DNA of 64,000 nucleotides from Marsupella aquatica (Eukaryota; Plantae; Marchantiophyta): NCBI GenBank assembly GCA_973895155.1, contig OZ316899.1, positions 1,573,573 to 1,637,572 of the forward strand, read 5' to 3'. Shown piece by piece: positions 47,513 to 58,778 of this stretch (position 1 is its first letter; each line of letters starts with the position of its first letter). The notes under the pieces were generated by a model. It saw only the letters and a program-made list of their open reading frames with translations, ran no database searches and was not told where the DNA came from. The position numbers and the translations under genes were made by a program.

Positions 47513-48708
47513 GGGTATGATAGCCACGACAGAAAACAGAAAACAGAAAACCTGTTACCAGGGGTTTATTTTATGTTAACAGGGAAATTGTACCTGTTAC
47601 CAATAAGCTTGTCCCTGTTACCAGTTTTGCCTGAACCATAACGTGCATATCCACCACTCTAATGGCATAATTTTTTGGGGGGCAATAAAGTTTAAAACAA
47701 ACAATTATTTTGTGCCATCCGATGGATGAAGTGTACTATCAATCCTCCATTGACACAACAATTTATTGTAGAAGATAAAAAACATGGTATTAGGAGTGTG
47801 CCTAAAGAAACATTCATGCAAATCAATCTATTTTCATCGCCAAATAGTGACCCTTAGAGTGGGACCCACCATAGCACATGTCAATCGTGGAGTCCAAATG
47901 AACCCAATCTAAAGGAGTTGATTAAATGGACCTTGTAACGTCACAAACAAATGACAAATCACATCCTCGAGGCTTTGAAGACAGTAGACAATTTAATCAG
48001 CTTACACATTTTAAATAAAACAAGAGGTCATTCTTCCACAATGCACGTACATAATGAAGCAATGAATATCCGGTTTCCTAGAACCAGCGCCCGGCGCTAA
48101 CCAACAAAGTCTCAATAAAACAACTAAAATATCCGTTGGAAAAAGACAAAATAGGGAATAACCGTTATATTGAACGACGACCTATTGGGCAGTTTCGATC
48201 TCTCTCATAAGCCATTCTAGTTCTGCCTCTCCAGCACAAGCCTGACTTCGCCTAAAGTCAAAATAGGTTGGCTACAAAGAGTCGACTCCTCAATCTCAAG
48301 TTTGAAAACATTTATGTACACCCATTATAGATGTTTGCAAGGCATGTACGACTTGCCACGCGAATGTCGGAGGAAGAAGTCTTCACAAGAGCAAGCGGGG
48401 AAGATATAGATTTGGACGAAGTATGTGCTTGGTGATCGATGGTTCTCATGGGTTCGAATTCGAAATTGCTTTCCAAAAGCATTTCCGGTCTGAACATTCC
48501 ATTCCCCATCCAAACTCATCACTTCTTGTCGTGCAGACTCCATTCGCTTCGTGTGACCCACAGTGAGATTAGACCGAGGCCTTGAGTTCCTCCCATTCCG
48601 ACTACCAAGTCGGAGATTCGACTCCAAAAACCTTATTGTTTCTGGGAACACGTTAACATTTATCCTGAGGTCAAAAGCAGATGGCGTAGATAGACTCAAT
48701 CCTGTTGT

Positions 48709-51700
48709 TCACGCTAATACAAGTCCTTGCTCTTCCAGGAATGTAATTTCAGAAGGAGACAGGCTCGTACCCTTCAGAACAGGCAAAATGTCAGGAAAAG
48801 GAGGAAGCTTCTGAACACCACGACGCGGATGACTCTTGTAACACGCTTGGTTCGGGCAAAACCAAATCATTTCGGAGATGGGTCCGCCCCTGAAGAGACG
48901 ATGGCCCTTCACGACAATTCCGACAACACCTTCAGACAAATGGAAGCCAACCTTCTTGATACGATTTCGACACTCATCGCAATCCGAACTCCCATTCAGT
49001 GTACCATTGCATTGCGGACCTGCTCCATACTTCGATGTCCGTCGCAACTGCCACTGCCCCGGAGGGACATCCTTCTCTAGCACAATCGTGCGTGGAAGTT
49101 GATTCTGAAGTGTTGCTGGGGCACTGAGCGGAGGTTTTGAGGATCTTGTTGTTCGGGTTGTTTGAGGAGTATAGTCCAGTGAATCAGTATCACTCTCTGA
49201 TGTGACCATACCTGAGAGATTCACCACCTTTGTGACAGGATGATCAGAACTTGAGGGAATAGAAGAAAAGTCAGTTCTGTTCAGGTTCTTCCTTTTCAAA
49301 CCACGAGTATTTGGTGTGGTTATTAGAACGGTGTCATGCCGATGGGAATCTTGTGGAGAGACAGTCCCAGTTGCATGTCCCTTCCTCTTCATTGACTTCG
49401 TCATTATATCTCCATTCAGGGGAGTACTTCTTTCCAAATCGAATTCTGCTGCGTTAGATAGAAGCATATTAGTCGCTTCTTCAAACAATCTTGGCAAACC
49501 TGCTTGATCGGCGGAACGGAACGCCAATTCCCATATAGTTGGCCCCTTCCCCCGGTTCAAGCCTTTACGGTATGCACTGTATCCGGCAACTTGAGACAGA
49601 GCACGGTTTTGGTCAACTTCGCAAGCTTCATAAAGACCGACCTTTTTCTTTGTAGCCGAGGCTTTCATGGACGCATGCCTTGATTCTGACCCTGTACAGT
49701 TGGGGATCAAGGCACCTTCCTCAGCGCTTTTGCTCTGCCATACGAAAATGTCAACCGTAAGTAGTATTCTATTACTAGTGCCCGGCGCTGGCAACATAAA
49801 TATGTAGAACAGGCCTGAAATACAATTTCAATGTTTAATACTGAATTCTAACTACATATTGGCTTCAATTTCTTGTACTACTTGTTTTGACGTGTATGGA
49901 GAAAATAACCAGCGCCTGGCGCTAATATGAAGTTGATGAACATTACAGTCTAGATAGATGGATGCCTTACCACTCGAATAAAATTGCCCCACTGGCGCCA
50001 GCGAACAACCCACCAAGATATCCAGCTTTGCAGCATCTTCAGCTTTCCGGGGACACAGTTTCCTGATTGCCACCACACAACAATCTCTCGGGACACCCGG
50101 TATGCTGCCACAAATGATGGAGCATTTCTCAGTTTCTCCCAAAGTCTCCGATGCTCCGATTGACATTCTTCCAGTACTCCTTCCTTGGAATGACGATGAA
50201 AAGATTGATAAAAGTGAAATGCATCAGAGCGCTCCCTCTCCGGGTCCGGGTGTCCACCAAAAAAAACATTTTGCACTGCATTCCATCCAGCTTGTGCATT
50301 GTCGGCCATAAATCCTTGGATGACAACCTCCTGAAGTTCATTTTCTTTGCAAACCTCAATCATCACTCTCCATGCCTTTTCGAAGGACTCAGTGTCTTCA
50401 CCTTTCAACTCGCATGTGAAAATTGTACACAGTGCACGGAAATTGTGGTCGTAGACGTGTGCGCTGAAAGTAAACCAATCCGTGGTGACACGCTGCATCA
50501 CATCGAAACTTATCCAGGCTCCTTCGAGTCTTCCACCCGGTTGCATCTGCCTCAAAAGATCCACACCGGAACCGTGACCTTTCACGGTCATTTTAAAGAT
50601 GTGAGGCCTATCGTTCTGACATCCCTGACCTGGAAGCAAATACCTCTGGAGAAACGGCACATGAATCCTCCTCTGCATTTGCGAGAGAAAATCTAATTCA
50701 CCCCGACCTTTTTGGTCTATCCTAACGCTCCGACAAAGAGATGCAAACTTCTGCGGAGTGGAAAGGACCATCAGAGACTTCCATATTTCAGTTTCTTCGA
50801 TATCGACCATGTCGTCAACATGTTCGCAGAGAGATTTCACTAAGGACCCTGTAGCAGAATTCAAGATCCCTGCCGGTTTTGACAGAGGATTGGCTTCATG
50901 TTTTTTTTTAATTAGATCCTCAGCTATCTTCTTCGCACTCCTACAGAAGGTTTTTCTACCTGGATGGTTGTGCTCACCTATATGAATTGCCAGGCGGGAC
51001 ATATGACTGCATGTTTCCGCATCAAGTAATACTTGGGGGTACATGTAAAACAAACGGGCAGGGCAGTACTTCACACAAAAAGGAATCTGTTCGCAGTAAT
51101 GACAAACAACACCTCCCTCTTCGATGAAAGATCCCACAGCATACTGACCACTGAGCTTTGGAGTACCCTGCCATGCCTTAGCATTTGCCTTCTTCTTCCT
51201 TTGGAAATAGTCACAGGACTTGTTCCTGCATTCAATGAATCCCGTACAGGTAACCTTCCCAAACTGCCAAAGGTTTTTAGGATGAACAGTTGCAGTTGTT
51301 GGAAATATGCATGTCCAAATGTAACAATCTTTGGCACGATCCATGTCCCTAAGCCTAGAGCCTTTAGAGAGCATCTTATCAATGGGCGGCAACTCAAACA
51401 CGACGTTACCATTGTACTTAGTTGGCAGACAGGACACTTGTTCATGCCTGAAATCACCCGTTGATATGAACCGTGACAACTCACTATGACCAGTTGATTT
51501 GAGTAACGTATCCATCGCACTGCGCCGGTACACGACCTCCAACTGCTTAGAGCTTCCCGGAGTCTCAGCTTTCACGACAGCAGGGAGCGGGCTTTTCTTC
51601 TTCGACGGTGGACTTAGAGTACGATCTCCATCCTCACTTGAAGAAATCTCAACCACATCACATGGAACCGGCAGGAAACTGGACAGTCCTGCATGCTGTC

Positions 51701-51956
51701 TTAAACGAACCAAGTACAAGATCCCTGCGTAGAGATGCCAAAACTGTTCACCGTCATCGACATTGAACGTTGCAGCATCCTCGATATCATCAATGGATTC
51801 GAGCTCTCGAACAATGGCCTCAATGTCATTCATCTTCAAATCAAATCTCCTGCAGAGATACCTCTCCCGGACCTGCTTGTACGTATTTTCCATGGGGACG
51901 GGGATAGTCACAATATCTTCAGAACCGAATCGAGAAAGAACGATAGACCGAGACAT
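48709..51956 (-). CDS. MULE DDE transposase with GCM/WRKY-like Zn DNA-binding region; two exons (51956-49971, 49734-48709), ~1003 aa
   Basis: CTGFIECRNKSC...CHYC...CPAR...IHIGEHNHP; catalytic candidates WISFDVM, FMADNAQAG, AFHFYQ and GSESRHAS; phase-0 GTAAGG/GGCAG intron; no internal stops. Confidence 0.85.
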
Positions 51957-52920
51957 GGTGAACAAAAACAAAAACTGAGGGCTATAGCGTTTGAAAGAAG
52001 AAAAGTTCATGGTATTGTTCAGCTTATATCTGTCGAACCTGGGAATTTGACGTTAACCGATCCGTTTGTATACGACATAAAACATAGACGATGGAGGATC
52101 CGTTGGCACCATAAATGATTTTTGTCGTTTTTTCCCCGAGAAGTCCGGATGTCAGACACGAACATATTGCTAAAAAGATCACCAACCTTACTTACACAGA
52201 CCATAAGATATGACAAGGTATTGTCAAATTTTAGTAGCGCCTGGCGCTAACTAAAATACGCCACTAAAAATGTGTCTGAAATCTCGACATTCCAAACTAG
52301 CGCCCGGTGCTAGTATAGAATAAATTCCCTTAAAATGAACATTATGACCACATACCAGGTGGTAATTGGGAATAAATGGTGCCTTCAAAGGATGGTTTTG
52401 ATTGATTATGGATGATAAATGAACATTTATACTAGCGCCGGGCGCTAGTATTACATTTGAGAAATATTTCTCCGTAAACGATGTACTGAAGGATACTTTA
52501 ATAAAATATGGGGGTGGAAAGGCCAAAATTTATGTCATAGCTCCTTCAAAAAAGACCTCTAAATTTCTTCCAGTTTATACTAGCGTCGGGCGCTATTATA
52601 AGCATACTCTAAATTGTTCACCTTGATGGTCATCATTAATGCTAGCGCCCGGCGCTAGTATTGATATGATGTCAGGAAATGTCTTTAACGGTAACATTCA
52701 ACGGTAACTTATGACTTCCGTGTGTGTTACGCATCTTCTACCGTTTGATTTTGGTAATTAAACCTTCCGTATACAGACGTTGGAAACCGCCAAACATCAG
52801 AGCTAATGGCTTTCCTCTAGGTTATGTCATCCTCCCGCTAGAATATATTACACGTTCAGAGATGATTATAGTTCCATAATTTCATTGTACGATAGTTCGT
52901 ACGCTTCTAGAAGGAAGACG

Positions 52921-55900
52921 ATGGAGGTATTCCCCTCTTCTTCCAGAGGGTATAGTGTGGTTCCTGACCAGGAGCGAGCTTATTCTGAATCTTCGCAGTC
53001 TTCGTTTACTGGTTCAGTCTATACACGTCGTGTAACTCGTTCCTCAAAGTTGTTGCCGCTCACTTCTGTCAGTGGTGTTTTGGGTCCAAATCCTTTGCGA
53101 AGAAAGATGGACAACGTAGACATAATTGCGATCCAGGATGTTGCGGATTGCGCGCTTGCTGAGACTGATCTCATTTCGAAGCATGTCATGTCTTTTGGAA
53201 AGGATTCTCGTGGATTTGACAAGGAGCCGCCTCGAATCCCTCTGTGTCGATTGGTTCACATGGAGGTGGTTCGTACTCTGGAGAAAGACAGCTCTTCCAT
53301 CGAGAAGCTGAAAGACTCTTTTCGTAGTATGGGTTACAACTCTTCGATAGGGATGCGTTTCTATGTGCAGCCAACGGATGAGAACGGAATTGTTCTGACC
53401 TGTACCCAGGACATTCGTGATTCATGGGATCCAATATGGCAATTGGAGAACGAGAAGTTTGAGGCTGAATGCGAGGCTGACCCAGATTTTCTCATCTTGA
53501 AGGATAAGATGTTCTCTGTATTCGATGGAAATCACAGGCTGTACTCCTGGACGCTTGTAACAGAGGAGAACCCGGACAATCCAAAATATCATCCTCGTGT
53601 GCTCTGTACAATATTTAAAGGAGACAAGGGATCTCTCATTGAAATTGAGGCAGCTATGCACATCATGAATCAGTAAGTTCTCATGATTTCCAGTTCTTTC
53701 TTTAAATCTTGCGAGTGCTGTATTTACTAGCGCTCGGCGCTGCTTATACATGAATTGTTTTTCATTGACTCTTACTCTCAACGTTTGTTCGTGTAGGCTT
53801 GGCCAAGCAGTTGTAGAGCCTTCCTGGATCCTGGATGCGGACAGAATCAAACGAATTCTGGCGCATGACCTTGAGTATTACAGTAAACTGATTGACCCGG
53901 GTAATTTCAAGAAGTTTGAAAGCATTCGGCTGAAAACTCGAAAGGGGTCATGGTATACGAAGAAGATGCCACAAGAAGCACTTGTTTACATTCTTTGTGA
54001 GAATAAGATAAAGTCGTACTCGCATCAATTCAAACTCGACATGGAGGCAGCGGAGGCTCAAGGGAGTCCATGGTCGGCGGACGAGATTTCAAAACGGCAT
54101 GCGGCCATGATGAAAGATGCAACCAAAGATTGGGCAGTGAAGTCTTAAAAAATTACGCCCTTATTAAGTCCTGAATTTGAAGATTTCCTCAGTACATGTG
54201 CAGAAATGTATGCTGTCACAGAGAGAAACAAGAGAGAGAAGAAGCCTGACACCGTTGTATGTACGATGGACCACGCACGATTGTTCACCGCTGTTTCTGC
54301 TCTAGACCCAAAGTTACGAAGCACTTTACTTGTGGCACATTGCAATCCTGAGCTGCGGAGACAGTTTTTTCACCCAGCAAGTGTTAACGATGATCCAGTC
54401 AAACAGTGGTGCCACACTTGGATCACTTGGAATAGTGTGGAGGGAATTGCTGCTGGCATGTTACATTCATGTCTACGTGAAGTTGAGCAAACCATGCCCG
54501 CGAATAGATTGGAAGAGTGGAATTGTAGTTCGTTTGATGATCTAGTTCAGTTTGTTACAAATGAATTCAAGAGATTTGGTGATTCCGTGAAGAATAAGTT
54601 CTTTCACACTATGTGGCCTTCAAAGTACCCTGACAAAGAAGATTACACCCAGAGAAACCAGAAGCGAGCGAAGAGGTTTGTGTATAGGTTCTACATGCAC
54701 ATGGAGGTAACCAAACCTGATTACTTCTGGGCATATCCTGCAGTTTTTATGAAGTGGATTTCAATAAGTGAAGATGATGCCTTGGCTGATTTGTACTCTA
54801 TGTACCCCACGGAGGGCATATTTCCTCCGAGACCAATGACAGAATGGGAGAGAACTCACTGCCCCTGGTATCTAGATACAGATAGATGGGATTCTCCTTT
54901 TGATCAAAGGGAAAAAGATGCCTTCCATAAGCTTTCAAAGTCTCAGATACCAGCAAAACTTGTGTCCGACATGAAGCAGGGTCTACTTGACGATGTAGAC
55001 AAGTCTGTCACAAACTTGCAAACTATCTGTGAAACAACTGTTGTGCATGTGGACCGGAGTCGCAAACCTCGCGCGAAAGCCAAAGCGGAGCTAGCAGCAC
55101 CGAGCGAGTCTACTAAATCTGGAAAGAAGAGTAAGTATTGCTATCCATGATTTTGCCAGCGCCAGGCGCTGGCAAAAAATATTCTGTTGAGGGTATTCTC
55201 TTTCTTGGTTATTAGGCTTCGGTTGCGACTTAAGTGAATTGCATTTGGTTAGTGCCAGGCGCTAGCTTCTTTCAATACTTTAAAAGTACTTATTCTAACT
55301 ACGACCTGGTTATATTTTAGGAGGGAGGAAGTCTAATACGGTGGGAACGGGAGATACTAAAAAGGATGCTACACCTGAAGTTTCCGAGGCAAACACGGGA
55401 GCTCGATCGGACCCCATTACTCCAGTCGACAAAGGGAAGGTTATAGTTCCTATCGACGCCACGAGTACCAGGAAGAAACGAAAGAGAGTTGTCGAAGGTG
55501 GACAATCTTTAAGGGAGAGTGTTATAGCTTCTGGTTTCCAACGTGAAGTTGGAAACTTCAAAACAACTGTGTCTCGCCATTGCATGGTTGAGACAAGCCT
55601 TTCTGAATTTTTTGACTCGACGTTCAACAAGGAGGAGAAGCCCGAGTGGGTTAGTGATGTGGAGAAATGGGGAAAAGACCTCATTAAGTTGGGATTTAAA
55701 GAGAAGGGAGTTGTTCGGGGGGGAAAAGTAAGATCGTTTGGAGTGGATGCCGGCTTCATTTACCTACCGACCAGGTTCAAACCATCTATCATTGATAAGA
55801 AGGTTCCTAAATGGAACATTCCAGATCACTCAATGGCGAGATCTTTTTTCAAATCCATGGATCCATTTTTATCAGATGATGGGTTCCTTGTAATTCTACA

Positions 55901-57011
55901 CAATGGGGAGTACGATCCCATGTCGCAAGTCATTGCTGCCTGTCAGGAGTCAAGGAAATTTCAGTGTATATGCTCGCATAATGTTGTGATGTCTGACCCG
56001 ATGTATGCGGCAAAGACAGACCGAGAGATGTTTACCCTCAGGCTCGACATATTTGGCCGAATTAATGGGAAATGTAAAATTCCCAAAGACCCCAAATTTC
56101 GGCCGCTGTCCATCAGTGAGGACCCTTCGGTTACCAATTTGATCGGACTCTCTTCGCTCAAATCAGATCCATTCCCGCAAATGGAGTTTGCTGGAAATGC
56201 TCGTCTGTCTGTGGGTTTTATGCAATCTGTTATAGAGCTTGTCACACGGCCTCGTGATATTTTTATGGATTGGACTGCTGGGGCTGGAGGCTCTTACATT
56301 GCTAGCGACTTCTCTGGACGATTTGTACTCGGGATAGAACACCGGAAAGAATTTATTGAAACTGCTTCAAAGGTTTTCATGGATTTGTTGTCTCCCAAAG
56401 AGATTGCAGTGTTACCTCCACCTGTTCCTACTGCCGACAGAAAAAAGAGAGATAAGCTTCGGTCGGTTCTCAATTTTGATTCTGATGATGAATCGAGTGA
56501 AGGTGGAGAGGAACAAGGTACAAGAAACTCTGAGGAGGAAAAGGGAGAGCGTCGTGCAGCTGCAGATGAAACCGATAGTGATGACTCTTCCGAGTAATGT
56601 TCATAAACTCGTAAGCTTCTTTCTCCATTCCCGTCAATTCATAACATTTCTTTTGTTGTTTTGGGGAAAGGTGCCTTACAAAATGGACTTTGTTATATCA
56701 GGTCAGAGTGGAATGCAAGGAGACGATTCAAACTGCGGAGGAAGATCGCGAGACACAACGTAGAAACACCGGAAAAACCGTTTGTTCTTCCCTCCTATGC
56801 AGAGAAAGCCGCAAGGAAAGCAGAAAGTGCAAGGACACTTTGCTGGGAAAACAAAGGTCTTCGGTTACGAAGGGGTGTTGACCGAAAGTTCATTCAACAT
56901 CCTTATGTTGATGACTTCTCTCGCAGCCAGTACGTAGGTGATGAGGCTGTGTCCACGGACAGATCCCAGAGTACAGATTCTGGTTCCGACTCAGAATCTT
57001 CAGAACCGTGA
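52921..57011 (+). CDS. Accessory ParB/Srx-like plus N6/N4 DNA-methyltransferase-like fusion protein; exons 52921-53672, 53797-55130, 55321-56593, 56702-57011 (1223 codons, one in-frame TAA at 54146)
   Basis: All three GT/AG junctions keep frame. ParB/Srx-like IPLCRL...IEKLKDSFRSMGY and FDGNHRL (53521-53541); beta-class MTase C-terminal motifs VIELVTRPRDIFMDWTAGAGGSYIASDFSGRFVLGIE (~56230-56338). Confidence 0.75.
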
Positions 57012-57607
57012 GAAGTAGTGGGTAGTTGAGGCTAAATCTTTTAGCAGCGCCCGGCGCTTGTAACAAGTGTATTATTTCCCTCTGCTGAGGGTCCTTTGAA
57101 ATTGTTGATTTCTCTCTACTTGTTGATTACTTTTGACTTCTGTTCTTTACAAGCGCCTGGCGCTCGCCAAATGGAATCTCTAAATGGCCGTTTAGTCAGT
57201 CGTCGGATTGTGTTCTTTAGTCAGTCGTCGGAAAACCGTTGGGGACCATAGTTTAGGGACCGGGCGGAAGGGACGACTATAGTTTCCGTTTAGGTTTGTT
57301 CGGGACGACGAGAGTTGGGGACATCGATAGTTGAGGACGACGATAGTTTCGGGAAGACGATAGAACGAGACGTTAGAGCAGGGCGAGAGAACGGGACGAT
57401 ACCTGTTACCAAGGCGAAGATAGTTTCAGGAGGCAATAGAACGGGATGATGATAGTTTGATGGTCGTTTTGGAATGGTAGTGTACGCGGACCTTTATCTG
57501 GCGTCTTAGTCTTCGCGGACCTTTCTTTGACCTTTGTCGGCTATAGCACTCGCGGACGACGTTCTTATGGGAGGAGAGGTTACATATTAGATCGGGATCT
57601 TTGGAAC

Positions 57608-58069
57608 ATGGCGAGTCAGTATGAGCCAATGGATTGGGAGGCAGCTTTTCGTCCTTCTCGTGTGCGTCCGGAAGAGAGCCATTTCAGCTCTTTTGAATCG
57701 CGGATGGAGACTGAAGAAACTGAAACTTCCACTTTTCGGAACCGTCATGCTCTCCCGTATGATGAGGCTATTAGTCCTGGAGAGAAGAACATCCCTTGGA
57801 TTGTCGATTCCCCTACGCCTCCGTTCTCTAGTCGGTTTTCGTCTCACTCGGGAGTTCTTGTTGATGGGGTACTCCCAATCGATCGAAGAGTACAAGAAAT
57901 GTTCAGGCGAGTTGATTTTAAGGACAGTAATATTCCTAATGAACATTTTACGAGGGCTGTTCGTCGAGGACCTTCAGAGGGATACGTTCGTTTGCGTGGT
58001 CTCGGCTTCAAGAAAGATCGGCGGAGAGAAGCAACAGGAGTGGATGATGATTGCAACTCAGAAAGCTAG
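57608..58069 (+). CDS. Third MULE ORF, ~153 aa, unknown function
   Basis: ATG at 57608 to TAG; lies between palindrome clusters; no recognised domain. Confidence 0.35.
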   Translation: MASQYEPMDWEAAFRPSRVRPEESHFSSFESRMETEETETSTFRNRHALPYDEAISPGEKNIPWIVDSPTPPFSSRFSSHSGVLVDGVLPIDRRVQEMFRRVDFKDSNIPNEHFTRAVRRGPSEGYVRLRGLGFKKDRRREATGVDDDCNSES

Positions 58070-58778
58070 ATGGAAATTTTGTTTTGCTGATCGCTTTAAG
58101 CTAGCGCCGGGCGCTGCTAAAGTTTTCCGGATTTTGTGGCATTGAAGTCGACCTCAGCTCTGGTGTTAGGGTTTTCCCGGTTGTCTACTATTTAGGTTTT
58201 GGCTAGCGCCGGGCGCTATTGAAACGACAACGGATTTTGTGGGAGGGAATGGATCTTGACTATGTTGTCTGGGTTTGGCCGCATCTTGTCTCCAAGAAAC
58301 GACTAGTTTTCTAGTTAGTTTTTGGCTAGCGCCGAGCGCTGTTCATGTATTAGTCAAAAACCTCCGACGGTGTCGACCGTGACTTCATGGATGGGATTTT
58401 TAGGCCAGATTGTTGATGTTGATAACTGCATTTTGTATCACTTAAGCCGAGCGCGTTTTCTATTTTGCGATAATATATGCGAATGTTTTTTCCGGCCTTT
58501 CTTTTCTACTTGTATTTGTCTTGGATTTTGTGTATCTCAATTGGCAGCCGTCTTTTATGTTTCAAAAAATTGTTCCCGTGTTGTTCTTTTATTTATCACG
58601 AGGGTTTGGTGGTTTTGTTTTCTATTCTTGTACTTTCAAATGGAGATTTTGAGACCTTTTTTTAAGATCACTGTTCACGACCATCCAAACACTGTTCACT
58701 GGTAACAGCTCCTTTTAACTGGTACCAGAATTTGTTTCCTGTTACTGTTATCTGTTTGCTGTCGTTTGTAAATTCCCC

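Larger units (their letters stand above)
48086..58340. repeat. 16 dispersed copies of the 13-bp palindrome AGCGCC-N-GGCGCT
   Basis: Starts at 48086, 49777, 49911, 52236, 52299, 52434, 52582, 52644, 53729, 55158, 55251, 57046, 57152, 58103, 58205 and 58328; at most one mismatch each; all lie outside the predicted exons. Confidence 0.93.
47513..58778. mobile_element. 11.27 kb Mutator-like (MULE) DNA transposon with short imperfect TIRs and accessory genes
   Basis: Perfect 8-bp TSD CTCGGTAA (47505-47512, 58779-58786); removing it restores D gag; ends GGGTATGATAGCCACGACAG and (reverse complement) GGGGAATTTACAAACGACAG; CTGTTACCA subterminal repeats; MULE-type DDE transposase. Confidence 0.92.

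Noticed and set aside
48086-58340. Palindromes as a CRISPR array or REP elements
   Set aside because: Spacing is irregular (50 bp to several kb), the unit is 13 bp, there are no cas genes, and the context is a spliced eukaryotic transposon.
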